IMG/VR virus record: IMGVR_UViG_2847048067_000002
DNA from: a virus
Length of the DNA stretch: 64,000 bases
Direction: 5' to 3' (one strand)
A program made the position numbers and the translations under genes. Positions 54,358 through 64,000 of the stretch are shown here, one piece after another. Under the pieces are notes generated by a model. That model was not told the origin of the DNA. It did no database searches and was given only the letters and a program-made list of their open reading frames with translations. The stretch's first letter is position 1. Each line of letters starts with the position of its first letter.

Positions 54358-57319
54358 TTTAGGGGCTGAAACAGCCGATTTTAAAGAGCAAATGGGGCGA
54401 GTTGAACGTCAGCTCCAAGAAACCGCAGAAAAAGCCGAAGCCAGTCAACGACGTATGGCTCAACTGGTTGAACAACAAGCGCAAACTGCTCGCAGTTCAG
54501 CAGAGAGTACTGCGCAGTCTCTTCAAGAACTTAACAATCAACAAGAAATTTCTCAACAACAACGGGCTGATTATTATCAGCGGATCGCACAGGAAGAGGC
54601 GCGCTCAGCTATTGAATCACGCAAACAAGCTGATGCTTTTTTAGAGCAAGCTCAAAGTGTTGGGCAAACGAGAGATGCACTTGAACAACTCACAGAGGTT
54701 TTAAATAAATCAACAAAGGCTTATAACAAGCTAAAAATTACAGGTGAGCAGTTCGCTGAAATTCAGAATGTCACTAAATCAAGAATAAAGGCGATACAAG
54801 ATCAACAAGATGCAAATACTGAAAAATATTTTAAGCAGATTGAAGCAGTTAAAGGACTTTCTGGAGGAACGTCGGCATTAAGAACCATTCAAGCTCAGCT
54901 TAATCAAGAGGTAAAAAAGGGCACTATCCATCAACAAGACTATCGGACACTGATTTCTGCCATTACCTCAGAGTCAATGAAGTTGCGCCGAGAAGAAGAG
55001 TCTCTAACGCAACAAAAAACGCGATTTATTCAGCGACTAAAAGAGCAAGTTGCTACTCAAAACTTAAGTCGTGAACAGATGTTGCGTTATCAAGCGTCTC
55101 AGTTAGGTGTCAGCTCTTCAGCAGAAATTTATATTCGTCGATTATCTGAATTGAGCAAAGAAACCAAAGAGTTTGATAAAAACAGCAAGTCATTAGCTGG
55201 TCGTCTTCAGGGTATTGCCAACTCATTTAATATGGGCTCATTGGTTCGTGGTGGTATCTGGGGAGGAATTACGGCAGGTTTAACAGGCGTTGCAAAGCTA
55301 GCCTATGATGCAGAAAGAGAATTTTCTCAGTTTAATAAACAACTGATTTTAACCGGTAACTACGCCGATAAATCAGCGAGCCAATTAAACGAAATGGCGC
55401 GAACCCTAGCGGGTGGCGGAATTACGCGTGGTGAAATGGCATTATCCATTTCAAGCGTCGTCGGTACTGGCGTATTTTCGAATAATGAGATTTCTCGTGT
55501 TTCAAAAGCGGCCGCACAGATGAATTACATCACAGGCCAGGCGATTGATACCACTATTGATCAGTTTAAACGTCTGCAAGATGAACCGCTTCAAATGTCG
55601 CTTGAATTAGAAAAAGCGAATCATCACCTCACTGCATCCCAATTAGAACAAATTCGAATACTCGAATTGCAAGGTAATAAAACCGAAGCAGCTAAGCTGG
55701 CGATTGATGCTTATGCACAATCTATTAATGACGGTGCTAATGATATATCTGATAGCCTAGGTTTTCTTGAATCAGCATGGATTAATATTCAACGGGAGGC
55801 AAAAAAAGCTTGGGACGCAATGCTTGATATAGGAAGAGATAAAGGGGTTACAGAGAAACTAACCACTTATAAAGAACAACTATATCAACTGCAACTTCAC
55901 GGAATGGAAAATAGCTATGAAGGGAGAGAATTACAAAAAGTAATTAAAGAGCTGGAAAATAAGAAATACGAACAAGATCTTAAAAATGCACAGGCTCAAG
56001 CGGTTAAAGATAGTGAACAATTCAAGGTTAATCAGATTAGAAACCAAGAAAAATGGAAAAGCTATTTCAGTTGGGAGACTCAGCGGTTACAAAAACTAGC
56101 AGAATTAGAACAGGATAAGCATAGCCTAACTCAAAAACAGTACGAAGAAGCAAAAGCGATGATTAATTTTCGTTTAAGAGATCGCCAGATGCCGGGTACT
56201 GGGAAAGGTAAAGGATATGTGGTACCCACAGGTAATCGAGAAGAAGAAAAAGCTTCTCGTGATTTACTTGCATTGCAAGCCCAGTTAGAAATGCTTAAAA
56301 AGCATCAAAGTGCTAATGATGTTATTAGCCAACAACGCAAGGATTTTCAAAAAGAGCAGGCACAATTTGCAATTTTAGAACAAGCGCAATTGACACGCCG
56401 ATTAACTAACGCCGAAAAATCTTTATTATCAAATAAAGAAAATATTCTTGCTCAAAAGGAAAAACTTGCGTTAGTGGGTGATGAAGTCGCCTTACAAGAG
56501 CGCTTAAATAAGATGCAAGATCAGGCTGATAAATACATTGTTCAACAATCGGAAAAACGTAAAGCGATTGAAGAAAGTATGGGCAAGTCAGCAAGAGAGC
56601 AACAACGTTACTTAGAACGCGCTCAACTTCTTGCGGGACAAAAAGAGAACCCACAGCTAAATAATATGTTAGCTGAGCAACAAAAAACCTATGAAGTTGA
56701 AGATCAAAAACGGGCTGATTGGTTAGCGGGAGCCCAAACGGCATGGGGTAATTATAAAGATACGGCTCTTGATGTTAATACTCAAATACAAAATGCTACC
56801 TCTATGGCGCTTAATGGATTTAGTAGCCAGTTAACCAACGTATTATTTGAAGGTGAAGCCAATTTCAAAGACTTTACGAAATCGATTCTTAAGATGCTAA
56901 CGGATATTTTAATTAAAATGTCATTAGTTAAAGGAATAGAGGCGATGGGCTTTGGTTTTGGCGCTCCAGTCGCGAATGCTAACGGTGGTGTTTACAATTC
57001 AGCCAGCCTAAGTGCTTACAGTGGACAGATTGTTCATAAACCTACCATGTTTGCGTTTGCAAAAGGTGCAGGGTTGATGGGAGAGGCTGGGCCAGAAGGC
57101 ATTTTCCCTTTGCGCCGAGGTGCTGATGGGAAGCTGGGCGTTATTGCGAAAATGCCCAATCAGGGAGGAGGTGTTACCCAGCATTATCACATTACTATAC
57201 AAAATGATGGTAGCAATGGGCAAATAGGGCCTGAAGCATTGAAAAAAGTTTATGAAATTAGTAAGCGAGGTGCTCAGGACTATATTATGAGCCAACGTCG
57301 TGATGGTGGAGCTATGTAG
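54326..57319 (+). CDS. H: Tape measure protein H
   Basis: FNKQLILTGNYA..AKKAWDAMLDIGR..MGEAGPEGIFPLRRG. Confidence 0.94.
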   Translation: MSQQIADLTINLGAETADFKEQMGRVERQLQETAEKAEASQRRMAQLVEQQAQTARSSAESTAQSLQELNNQQEISQQQRADYYQRIAQEEARSAIESRKQADAFLEQAQSVGQTRDALEQLTEVLNKSTKAYNKLKITGEQFAEIQNVTKSRIKAIQDQQDANTEKYFKQIEAVKGLSGGTSALRTIQAQLNQEVKKGTIHQQDYRTLISAITSESMKLRREEESLTQQKTRFIQRLKEQVATQNLSREQMLRYQASQLGVSSSAEIYIRRLSELSKETKEFDKNSKSLAGRLQGIANSFNMGSLVRGGIWGGITAGLTGVAKLAYDAEREFSQFNKQLILTGNYADKSASQLNEMARTLAGGGITRGEMALSISSVVGTGVFSNNEISRVSKAAAQMNYITGQAIDTTIDQFKRLQDEPLQMSLELEKANHHLTASQLEQIRILELQGNKTEAAKLAIDAYAQSINDGANDISDSLGFLESAWINIQREAKKAWDAMLDIGRDKGVTEKLTTYKEQLYQLQLHGMENSYEGRELQKVIKELENKKYEQDLKNAQAQAVKDSEQFKVNQIRNQEKWKSYFSWETQRLQKLAELEQDKHSLTQKQYEEAKAMINFRLRDRQMPGTGKGKGYVVPTGNREEEKASRDLLALQAQLEMLKKHQSANDVISQQRKDFQKEQAQFAILEQAQLTRRLTNAEKSLLSNKENILAQKEKLALVGDEVALQERLNKMQDQADKYIVQQSEKRKAIEESMGKSAREQQRYLERAQLLAGQKENPQLNNMLAEQQKTYEVEDQKRADWLAGAQTAWGNYKDTALDVNTQIQNATSMALNGFSSQLTNVLFEGEANFKDFTKSILKMLTDILIKMSLVKGIEAMGFGFGAPVANANGGVYNSASLSAYSGQIVHKPTMFAFAKGAGLMGEAGPEGIFPLRRGADGKLGVIAKMPNQGGGVTQHYHITIQNDGSNGQIGPEALKKVYEISKRGAQDYIMSQRRDGGAM

Positions 57320-57649
57320 ATGGAAACATTTAAATGGAAAGTCAAACCCGATATGAAAAAGGAGTTTGAGCCTCGAGTAAAATCAGTGAAATTTGGCGAC
57401 GGTTATGAACAGCGTCGCCCTGATGGTATTAATAATAATCTAAAAAAATACAATGTAACGCTTATCTATATAAATAGTGAAAGCCTACAAATTGAATCAT
57501 TTTTAGAAAAACATGCTGGCGTTACTGCATTTTTATGGAAGCCGCCTCATCAATCAGAATTAATTAAGGTACTATGTCGAAAATGGTCATCTTCTGCTGG
57601 AATGATTAGAACTGAAATAACGGCTGAGTTTGAGCAAATCGTATTTTAA
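57320..57649 (+). CDS. M: Minor tail protein M
   Basis: VKFGDGYEQRRPDGINN..FLWKPP. Confidence 0.92.
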   Translation: METFKWKVKPDMKKEFEPRVKSVKFGDGYEQRRPDGINNNLKKYNVTLIYINSESLQIESFLEKHAGVTAFLWKPPHQSELIKVLCRKWSSSAGMIRTEITAEFEQIVF

Positions 57650-57743
57650 TTAGTGCAAATCTCTTAGGGAGATTTTCGTTTACTTCATTTTAAGTCCAGC
57701 GCAAGCTAATATAAGGTAAATTAATCTAATATTAGGGTAGATA

Positions 57744-58319
57744 ATGAAAGGTTTCGGAAGAATTTTATTGATTGTCGGCATTATAGCAGCGTTTGCTTCT
57801 TTCAATATGGATGTCAGTGTTCCCACTGGCTATGGTTCACGCGTAAATAACATTGGTTTAATGTCAGATAAGCAAAACTACATTTTAATTAGCTGTTTTA
57901 TGATTTTTTGTGGATTAATGATGGTGGTGTTTAGTGGTCGAAAGCAACAGCCTCACGACACAACTAATTCTACAAGTGTATTATATGTAAGATGTCCATA
58001 CTGTGCTGAAGATATACGCCCAGAAGCTATAAAATGTAAACATTGTGGTAGTGATTTATCGAGTAAAAAGAAGGATGAAAAAAACATTACCACAGTCACT
58101 CCTTCAGAGATTGTTATCAAATTAAAAGATAACTACATGATAGATGAGGATGGGGTTAAGAAATTCGTTTCATTTCTCTCTGAGAAATATAATAACAATA
58201 AAGAACTATTATGTTTATCTGAAAGTGATATTAATAAAATGATGGAAGCTATCCCAGAAGAAGTTCATGAATCATTTAAGAGAAAATTAAAACATTTTAT
58301 TCATGAATTAAATAAGTAG
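57744..58319 (+). CDS. Two-TM zinc-ribbon protein (moron between M and L)
   Basis: Two TMs then CPYCAEDI..AIKCKHCG; own terminator AACCCGC-TTCG-GCGGGTTTTTT at 58338-58360. Confidence 0.75.
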   Translation: MKGFGRILLIVGIIAAFASFNMDVSVPTGYGSRVNNIGLMSDKQNYILISCFMIFCGLMMVVFSGRKQQPHDTTNSTSVLYVRCPYCAEDIRPEAIKCKHCGSDLSSKKKDEKNITTVTPSEIVIKLKDNYMIDEDGVKKFVSFLSEKYNNNKELLCLSESDINKMMEAIPEEVHESFKRKLKHFIHELNK

Positions 58320-58371
58320 TCTCAATCAGTCAATTATAACCCGCTTCGGCGGGTTTTTTATTGGGGCTAAT

Positions 58372-59076
58372 ATGCAACATATTCCTCCTGAAATGCGAAT
58401 TAGTATTACCGAACTCTCCTCTGATGATGCTTTGCTTGAACTTTATGAATTTGATTTAACCAAAATAGGTGGTATTCGGTACCGCTTTTTTGATGGACTC
58501 AATCAGTGTAAAGAGCCGTTAATCTGGCAAGGAAACACCTATGGGCCTTACCCCGTGAAAGGTGAAGGCTTTTCTTTTAATGGCAAAGGCCCCTCAGGGC
58601 GACCCACTATTACATTGTCGAATTTATTTGGATTGATCACAGGGATTGCCAGTCAATTAGATAGTGCAATCGGTGGGCTGGTGGTACGACGCATTGTCAG
58701 CACTCAATTTTTAGATGCAGTAAATTTTCCTCAAGGCAATCCTAACGCCGATCCGTCACAAGAAATTGTGACACGTTGGATCATCGAGCAGATGACCAGT
58801 TTAAATTCAGTAACAGCTACCTTTATGTTAGCCACACCGAGTGAGACTGACGGATTAATGCTGCCTGGGCGTGCTATTTTGTCTGATATCTGTAATTTTT
58901 GTTATCGCTCAGAAGAGTGTGGTTACAAAGGACCCCCTGTTGCTGACGAATGGGGAAAGCCAACCACTGATCCACTAAAAGACAAATGTGGCAAACGTCT
59001 TAGTGATTGTAAGTTACGAAAAAACGAATCACGTATAGGCGCGTTTGTCTCCACTTCCCGTATTGGTAATAATTAA
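58372..59076 (+). CDS. L: Minor tail protein L
   Basis: RPTITLSNLFG; C-terminal Cys cluster C..YRSEECGY..DKCGKRLSDCKLR. Confidence 0.93.
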   Translation: MQHIPPEMRISITELSSDDALLELYEFDLTKIGGIRYRFFDGLNQCKEPLIWQGNTYGPYPVKGEGFSFNGKGPSGRPTITLSNLFGLITGIASQLDSAIGGLVVRRIVSTQFLDAVNFPQGNPNADPSQEIVTRWIIEQMTSLNSVTATFMLATPSETDGLMLPGRAILSDICNFCYRSEECGYKGPPVADEWGKPTTDPLKDKCGKRLSDCKLRKNESRIGAFVSTSRIGNN

Positions 59077-59097
59077 TTCCCTCCTAAGGTGTTTCTT

Positions 59098-59826
59098 ATG
59101 ATAGAGCAAGCAATTTTGGCGCATGCGAAAGAGCAAGCGCCATCGGAGGCGTGTGGCTTATTGGTAAGTACCGCACAGGGTGAACAGTATTTACCTTGTG
59201 TTAATCAGCACGCTGATCCGAAAAACTATTTCACGATTTCTTTTGATGATTTTATTCGAGCCGAACAGCAGGGCGAGGTGATAGCCGTTGTACACAGTCA
59301 CCCTGATGGTCAACCTTATCTCAGCACCTTAGATCGACAACTGCAGGTGAACAGTGCATTGCCGTGGTGGGTGGTTTGTAATGAAAAAATTCATTGTTAT
59401 CAGCCAGTATCTCATCTATTAGGTCGCCATTTTATTCATGGCTCAACCGACTGTTATGGGTTGTTTCGTGATGCTTATCATTTGGCAGGACATGATCTGC
59501 CTGATTTTGAGCGACATGATAATTGGTGGCGCCAAGGTAAAGAACTGTACCTAGATAATATGATAAGCAGTGGTTTTCGGCAGGTAAAAAAAGAAGCGCA
59601 ACCCGGCGATATTATTTTGTGTTGCTATGCCAGCTCTCGTGCCAACCACGCGGGGATTTATTTAGGCAATCAAACGATTTTACATCACATTCCAAACCAA
59701 CTTAGCAAACGCGAGGAGTATAACGAACGATGGCAACGAATGACGCACTCAATTTGGCGTTACCGCGATTGGCAACCTTCCGACTTTACGGGGATTTGCA
59801 ACGATTTGGACGTCGCTTTGATTTAA
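59098..59826 (+). CDS. K: Tail assembly protein K (JAB plus NlpC/P60)
   Basis: EACG, VHSHP, DCYGL, NHAGIY. Confidence 0.93.
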   Translation: MIEQAILAHAKEQAPSEACGLLVSTAQGEQYLPCVNQHADPKNYFTISFDDFIRAEQQGEVIAVVHSHPDGQPYLSTLDRQLQVNSALPWWVVCNEKIHCYQPVSHLLGRHFIHGSTDCYGLFRDAYHLAGHDLPDFERHDNWWRQGKELYLDNMISSGFRQVKKEAQPGDIILCCYASSRANHAGIYLGNQTILHHIPNQLSKREEYNERWQRMTHSIWRYRDWQPSDFTGICNDLDVALI

Positions 59827-60380
59827 ATGTGAATACTGCTTCTGAAGGTCTTCACGCGCTTTTTATTCAACTTCCAGCATTACGCTTAGCTATTCGTGAT
59901 GGTTGGTATCAAGTGCGCATTGCGGGTACTGATATTTCCCCACAAGATATTAACCAAAGATTCAATGAAACCTTACCTGATAATGTAGTAGTTCATATTG
60001 TGCCGAAATTATCAGGGGCTAAAAATGTCGGTGTTTTTCAATTTATTGCAGGTGCTGCTTTATTTTCATTGGGATGGTGGGGGCCAGCGTGGATCTCCGC
60101 AACAGTAGCGATTTCTTTGATGGCGGGCGGTGCAGCTATGATGATTGGTGGTGTCGCTCAAATGCTGATCCCGTCTCCAAAACCTCCCAATCTATCTCGT
60201 GGTGATGAAGAAAAAGGCAATACTTATTTTAGCAATCTTGATAATGCCGTTGCACAAGGAATGCCGGTGCCCATTGCCTACGGCGAAATTATGTGTGGTT
60301 CACGCGTCATTTCACAATCTGTTGAAATTATGGATGACAGTGACGGTGAAAATATCGATGCCGGCAAACACGGTGGTTAA
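59730..60380 (+). CDS. I: Tail assembly protein I
   Basis: RLYGDLQRFGRR..NTYFS..PVPIAYGE..GSRVIS. Confidence 0.93.
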   Translation: MATNDALNLALPRLATFRLYGDLQRFGRRFDLNVNTASEGLHALFIQLPALRLAIRDGWYQVRIAGTDISPQDINQRFNETLPDNVVVHIVPKLSGAKNVGVFQFIAGAALFSLGWWGPAWISATVAISLMAGGAAMMIGGVAQMLIPSPKPPNLSRGDEEKGNTYFSNLDNAVAQGMPVPIAYGEIMCGSRVISQSVEIMDDSDGENIDAGKHGG

Positions 60381-60394
60381 GAGGAGCTTGTATT

Positions 60395-63300
60395 ATGGGT
60401 AAAGGTGGTGGCGGTCAAAGAACACCGTATGAGGCACCAAACGATTTAACATCACGACAAAAAGCCTCATTAATTGATTTAATCAGTGAGGGACCGATTG
60501 AAGGCCCTATTCATATTCAAGGCTCGATGGATGATTTAGGGTGCATTTATTTAGATGATACGCCGGTGATAGATGGATCTGGCAATAGCACGATTAATGG
60601 AATGTATGCACAATGGCGGGCGGGTACCTTAGAGCAACCGGCAATGAGTGGTTTTACCGCGTCTGCGAATGAAGTGCCAGTGGGGATTGAGGTTAAATAT
60701 AATTCCCCTGTCACTCGCACTATCACCTCGCCCAATATTGACCGCTTACGCCTAACCTTTGGTACGCAATCACTGGTTGAAACTAAAGATAATGGTGATC
60801 GAGTACCTACATCTGTTCAATTACAGATCCAAATCCAGCGCAATGGGGTATGGATAACAGAGAAAATCGTCACGATTAAGGGTAAACGCTCTAACTCTCC
60901 GTACTTGATGGCGGTTATTTTAGATGATTTGCCCCCAGTTCCGTTCAGTGTGCGCATGATCCGTATCACTCAAGACAGCACTTCTGACAAAATTCAAAAT
61001 AATACCGTTTGGTCGAGTTATTCTGAGTTAGTGGATATTTCACAAACCTATCCGGGTTCTGCTGTTGCAGGATTAATGTTTGATAGTGAGCAGTTTGGCA
61101 ATAAATTTCCGCGCCGTAATTATTTAATTAAAGGGCGTATTATTCAGGTGCCGAGTAATTATGATCCAGATAAACGAATTTATTCTGGGATTTGGGACGG
61201 TACCTTTAAACCGGCATTTACCAATAATCCAGCATGGGTATTATGGGATTTGTTAACTCATCCTCGTTATGGCATGGGGAAACGCCTCAATATTAGTGAG
61301 GTTGATAAATTCGCCTTATATGCGATAGGACGTTATTGTGACGAACAGGTTGATGATGGTTTTGGAGGAAAAGAGCCACGTATAACCTGTAATGCTTACA
61401 TTACGGATATGCGTAAAGCCTATGATGTGATGGCAGATATGTGTGCCATGATGCGCATTATGCCAGTCTGGAACGGACGAACATTAACCTTTATTCAAGA
61501 CAGACCGTCTGATGTAGTATGGCCTTATACTAATGCCAACGTAATTGATGGCAACTTCCAATACAGCTTTAGCGCATTAAAATCGCGTCACACTGCCGTC
61601 GAAGTTCGTTTTATTGATCCAAACAATGGTTGGAAAACCAGTGTTGAGCTAGTTGAAGATGATGCTAGCATAGCGCGCTTTGGACGCAATGTGATGCGCG
61701 TCGATGCATTTGGTTGTACTAGCAGAGGTCAGGCTCATCGTCATGGTCTTTGGTTGTTAACTACTGAGAAATTAGAAACTCAAACGGTTGAATTTAATAT
61801 CGGTAGTGAGGGGCTACGTCATATGCCGGGTGATATTATCGAAATTGCTGATAATAATTACGCGGATAATCAAATTGGTGGACGTCTAACACATATTGAT
61901 TATGCCTCTCAAACATTAACCTTAGATCGCAATATCGACACACCCAAAAGTGGTAAATCAAGCGTCACACTCATCAATGCTCAAGGTGATCCGCAATCTT
62001 ATGAAGTGGTGAGCTATCCCGCATCTAATCAAATAAAGCTGGATACTTTGCCGTTAGGGTTACAAGATGGCGGAATTTGGACATTAACACTTCCGTCTTT
62101 ACGTCGGCGATTATTTCGTGCCATCAGCTTGGCTGATAACGGAGATGGCAGCTTTACGGTTATTGCAGTGCAACACACGCCCGAAAAAGAGGCTGTTGTT
62201 GATAAAGGGGCTAAATTTGAGCCAAAACCTGATACGCCACTAGGTGGATTTATTCCACCGGTTGAAAACCTTTCTGTGGATATCGAATCAGATACAAGTG
62301 CATGGCAAGTAGAAGCCAGTTGGAATACACCTTATTTCAGTCGAGGGGTAGATTTTTTATTAAAACTAACCACTGGTGATCGCATTGTCGGCACCGCCTC
62401 AACCACGGATACGATATATCGTTTTGGTGGTTTGCCTCAGGGGAATTATGTTTTATCCGTCCTGCCTCAAAATGATCGGAAACAAAAAGGCGAGGTGGCC
62501 ACAACTTCATTTGCGATTAATCCACCATTACCACCCAGTTATATTGAGGTTGAGTCGGGCTATTTTAGTTTAGGGATTATTCCGCGATCTGGTGGTCAAA
62601 ATAGCTTACGAGCACAGTATGAGTTTTGGTTTTCAGAAAAACAGATCACGGATATTCGTGATGTGGAAAATCGTGCTGAGTATTTAGGTATTAGCTCTAT
62701 GTGGGTTATACAAGGACGTAACCTAAAGGCAGGACATACCTATTATATTTATGTTCGTAGTATAAACGCTGTAGGGCATTCAGAATTTGTGGAAGGAATA
62801 GGGCAACCAGAAAGTCACACTAGCGAAATACTAGATAATTTAGATAAAGAATTACAGGAAACGCAAGCATGGCAGAAGCTTAATGAAAAAGTTGAATGGA
62901 ATGAAAATACAATAAAAAGGGTAGGTTATAATGAATATAATTTATCTCGAAAGTTTGAAAAATACAGTAAACAGACAGAGGAAACGATTAATGAGATCCG
63001 AACACAGATAGAAAATACGGAAGCTGATATTATTACTCAAAAGGAAGCAATTTCTTCTATCAAACAAGCTCAATCAAGTTATCAACAACAAGTCCAAGCT
63101 AAAATTAATCAGCAGTCAGGTATTCTCAATCAAAAGATGAATGCACAATTTACACAATCAGGAGGATATGCTCGGCATTCAATAAATATTACTATCGTCC
63201 ATAATGGAATTAGATATAATGCAGCTGGTTTTATTGTTAGTGCCGAAATAAAAAATAAAAAAATAAACTCTTATATTGGATTTAATGCCAATAACTTTGC

Positions 63301-63598
63301 ATTTTATAATCCCAAAAATAACCGAATGGAACTATTTATGTCTGCTAAAAACGGACAATTTTTTATTCGAGAAGCATTAATTGATAAAGCCATGATCAGA
63401 AAACTCGCGTTATCAGAGGCTATTACTTCCAATAATTATTCTCCCGAAAAGTCAGGTTTTATTCTTGATGTGAAAAATAACAAATTAGAAATATATGGTG
63501 GTAATGGGGGAACAACATTAACCAATCAAAATTTATATGTAAAAGACGAAACTGGGTATAACGTTGTTATTATTGGTGATATCACAAATGAGCGATAA
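60395..63598 (+). CDS. J: Host specificity/central tail fibre J
   Basis: MGKGGG..TPYEAP..DLISEGPIEG..WDGTFKPA.TNNPAW. Confidence 0.95.
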   Translation: MGKGGGGQRTPYEAPNDLTSRQKASLIDLISEGPIEGPIHIQGSMDDLGCIYLDDTPVIDGSGNSTINGMYAQWRAGTLEQPAMSGFTASANEVPVGIEVKYNSPVTRTITSPNIDRLRLTFGTQSLVETKDNGDRVPTSVQLQIQIQRNGVWITEKIVTIKGKRSNSPYLMAVILDDLPPVPFSVRMIRITQDSTSDKIQNNTVWSSYSELVDISQTYPGSAVAGLMFDSEQFGNKFPRRNYLIKGRIIQVPSNYDPDKRIYSGIWDGTFKPAFTNNPAWVLWDLLTHPRYGMGKRLNISEVDKFALYAIGRYCDEQVDDGFGGKEPRITCNAYITDMRKAYDVMADMCAMMRIMPVWNGRTLTFIQDRPSDVVWPYTNANVIDGNFQYSFSALKSRHTAVEVRFIDPNNGWKTSVELVEDDASIARFGRNVMRVDAFGCTSRGQAHRHGLWLLTTEKLETQTVEFNIGSEGLRHMPGDIIEIADNNYADNQIGGRLTHIDYASQTLTLDRNIDTPKSGKSSVTLINAQGDPQSYEVVSYPASNQIKLDTLPLGLQDGGIWTLTLPSLRRRLFRAISLADNGDGSFTVIAVQHTPEKEAVVDKGAKFEPKPDTPLGGFIPPVENLSVDIESDTSAWQVEASWNTPYFSRGVDFLLKLTTGDRIVGTASTTDTIYRFGGLPQGNYVLSVLPQNDRKQKGEVATTSFAINPPLPPSYIEVESGYFSLGIIPRSGGQNSLRAQYEFWFSEKQITDIRDVENRAEYLGISSMWVIQGRNLKAGHTYYIYVRSINAVGHSEFVEGIGQPESHTSEILDNLDKELQETQAWQKLNEKVEWNENTIKRVGYNEYNLSRKFEKYSKQTEETINEIRTQIENTEADIITQKEAISSIKQAQSSYQQQVQAKINQQSGILNQKMNAQFTQSGGYARHSINITIVHNGIRYNAAGFIVSAEIKNKKINSYIGFNANNFAFYNPKNNRMELFMSAKNGQFFIREALIDKAMIRKLALSEAITSNNYSPEKSGFILDVKNNKLEIYGGNGGTTLTNQNLYVKDETGYNVVIIGDITNER

Positions 63599-63920
63599 TT
63601 ATGGAATAGTAATCAAATCTAAAAAATATGGAATTAATTTATTAAATACATCTGATAGAGTCGGCCGAATTGTTGGTTGGCATGATATTACTCCTATACC
63701 ACTTATGACTAAAAAAACCTTTAGTTATGACCATTCTGATCTAAATAAATATGGAGAAGTATTTGCTTGGTTTGGGACTTCCTTTATGAGAGGGTTAGCC
63801 GGAGATGTTACTTTAAATATTAATAACGGGGTAATTATTCTTGAACTCGATAATGTTTATAGAAATGGCCTAATCGATATATATGATGACATCATTAGGT
63901 TATATTATGGAGTATATTGA
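63588..63920 (+). CDS. Tail-tip accessory protein
   Basis: Near-identical to 25718-26050. Confidence 0.7.
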   Translation: MSDNYGIVIKSKKYGINLLNTSDRVGRIVGWHDITPIPLMTKKTFSYDHSDLNKYGEVFAWFGTSFMRGLAGDVTLNINNGVIILELDNVYRNGLIDIYDDIIRLYYGVY

Positions 63921-64000
63921 TGGGTAAATATGGCATTATTATAAAAGGAAAGGATCGCCATGTTCAAATAGATAGCTTTAATACGGTTATGAACTGTATT
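63920..64000 (+). CDS. Tail-tip accessory protein (partial, runs off window)
   Basis: MGKYGIIIKGKDRHVQIDSF, near-identical to the start of 26050-26736. Confidence 0.65.
   Translation, partial: MGKYGIIIKGKDRHVQIDSFNTVMNCI

Larger units (their letters stand above)
32171..64000. mobile_element. Prophage 2 (lambda/Gifsy-type, icd-integrating; right end outside window)
   Basis: att-int-xis-cI-rep-Q-lysis-cos-head-tail gene order. Confidence 0.92.

Noticed and set aside
45911..62573. Short antisense or alternate-frame ORFs inside prophage 2 structural genes
   Set aside because: Shadow ORFs of conserved phage genes

Overview
AT-rich enterobacterial chromosome segment (MrpJ-type regulator, icd fragment and overall composition point to Morganellaceae, probably Proteus; this is inference). 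Almost all of it is two tandem lambdoid prophages joined at a duplicated 3' end of icd (32171-32335). Prophage 1 (left end outside the window, to about 32170) runs: Q, stress cargo (csp, yagU, RclR-like AraC plus AhpD/CMD), pinholin/SAR-endolysin/spanin lysis cassette, HNH, cos, HK97-type head, non-contractile tail, Cor-like lipoprotein, decayed tail-fibre genes, MrpJ-type regulator, a Slam (T11SS) plus lipoprotein pair, and an integrase remnant. Prophage 2 (about 32340 to beyond the window) has a very short early region (int-xis-cI-rep-Q), an XRE-XRE-Ner regulator cluster, an orphan DNA methylase, an uncharacterised three-gene moron, a homologous lysis cassette, a GNAT-like plus acidic-protein moron, a lambda-type cos, a KilA-N gene, a Gifsy/lambda-type head and a lambda-type tail (Z-U-V-G-T-H-M-L-K-I-J). 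Main points for follow-up: an unannotated 52-aa membrane gene conserved in both lysis cassettes, several antisense-oriented small RNA units (one with a Fur box), two candidate defence/TA morons, and a near-identical tail-tip end module shared by two otherwise different virion modules. All calls are by-eye motif recognition; no searches were run.
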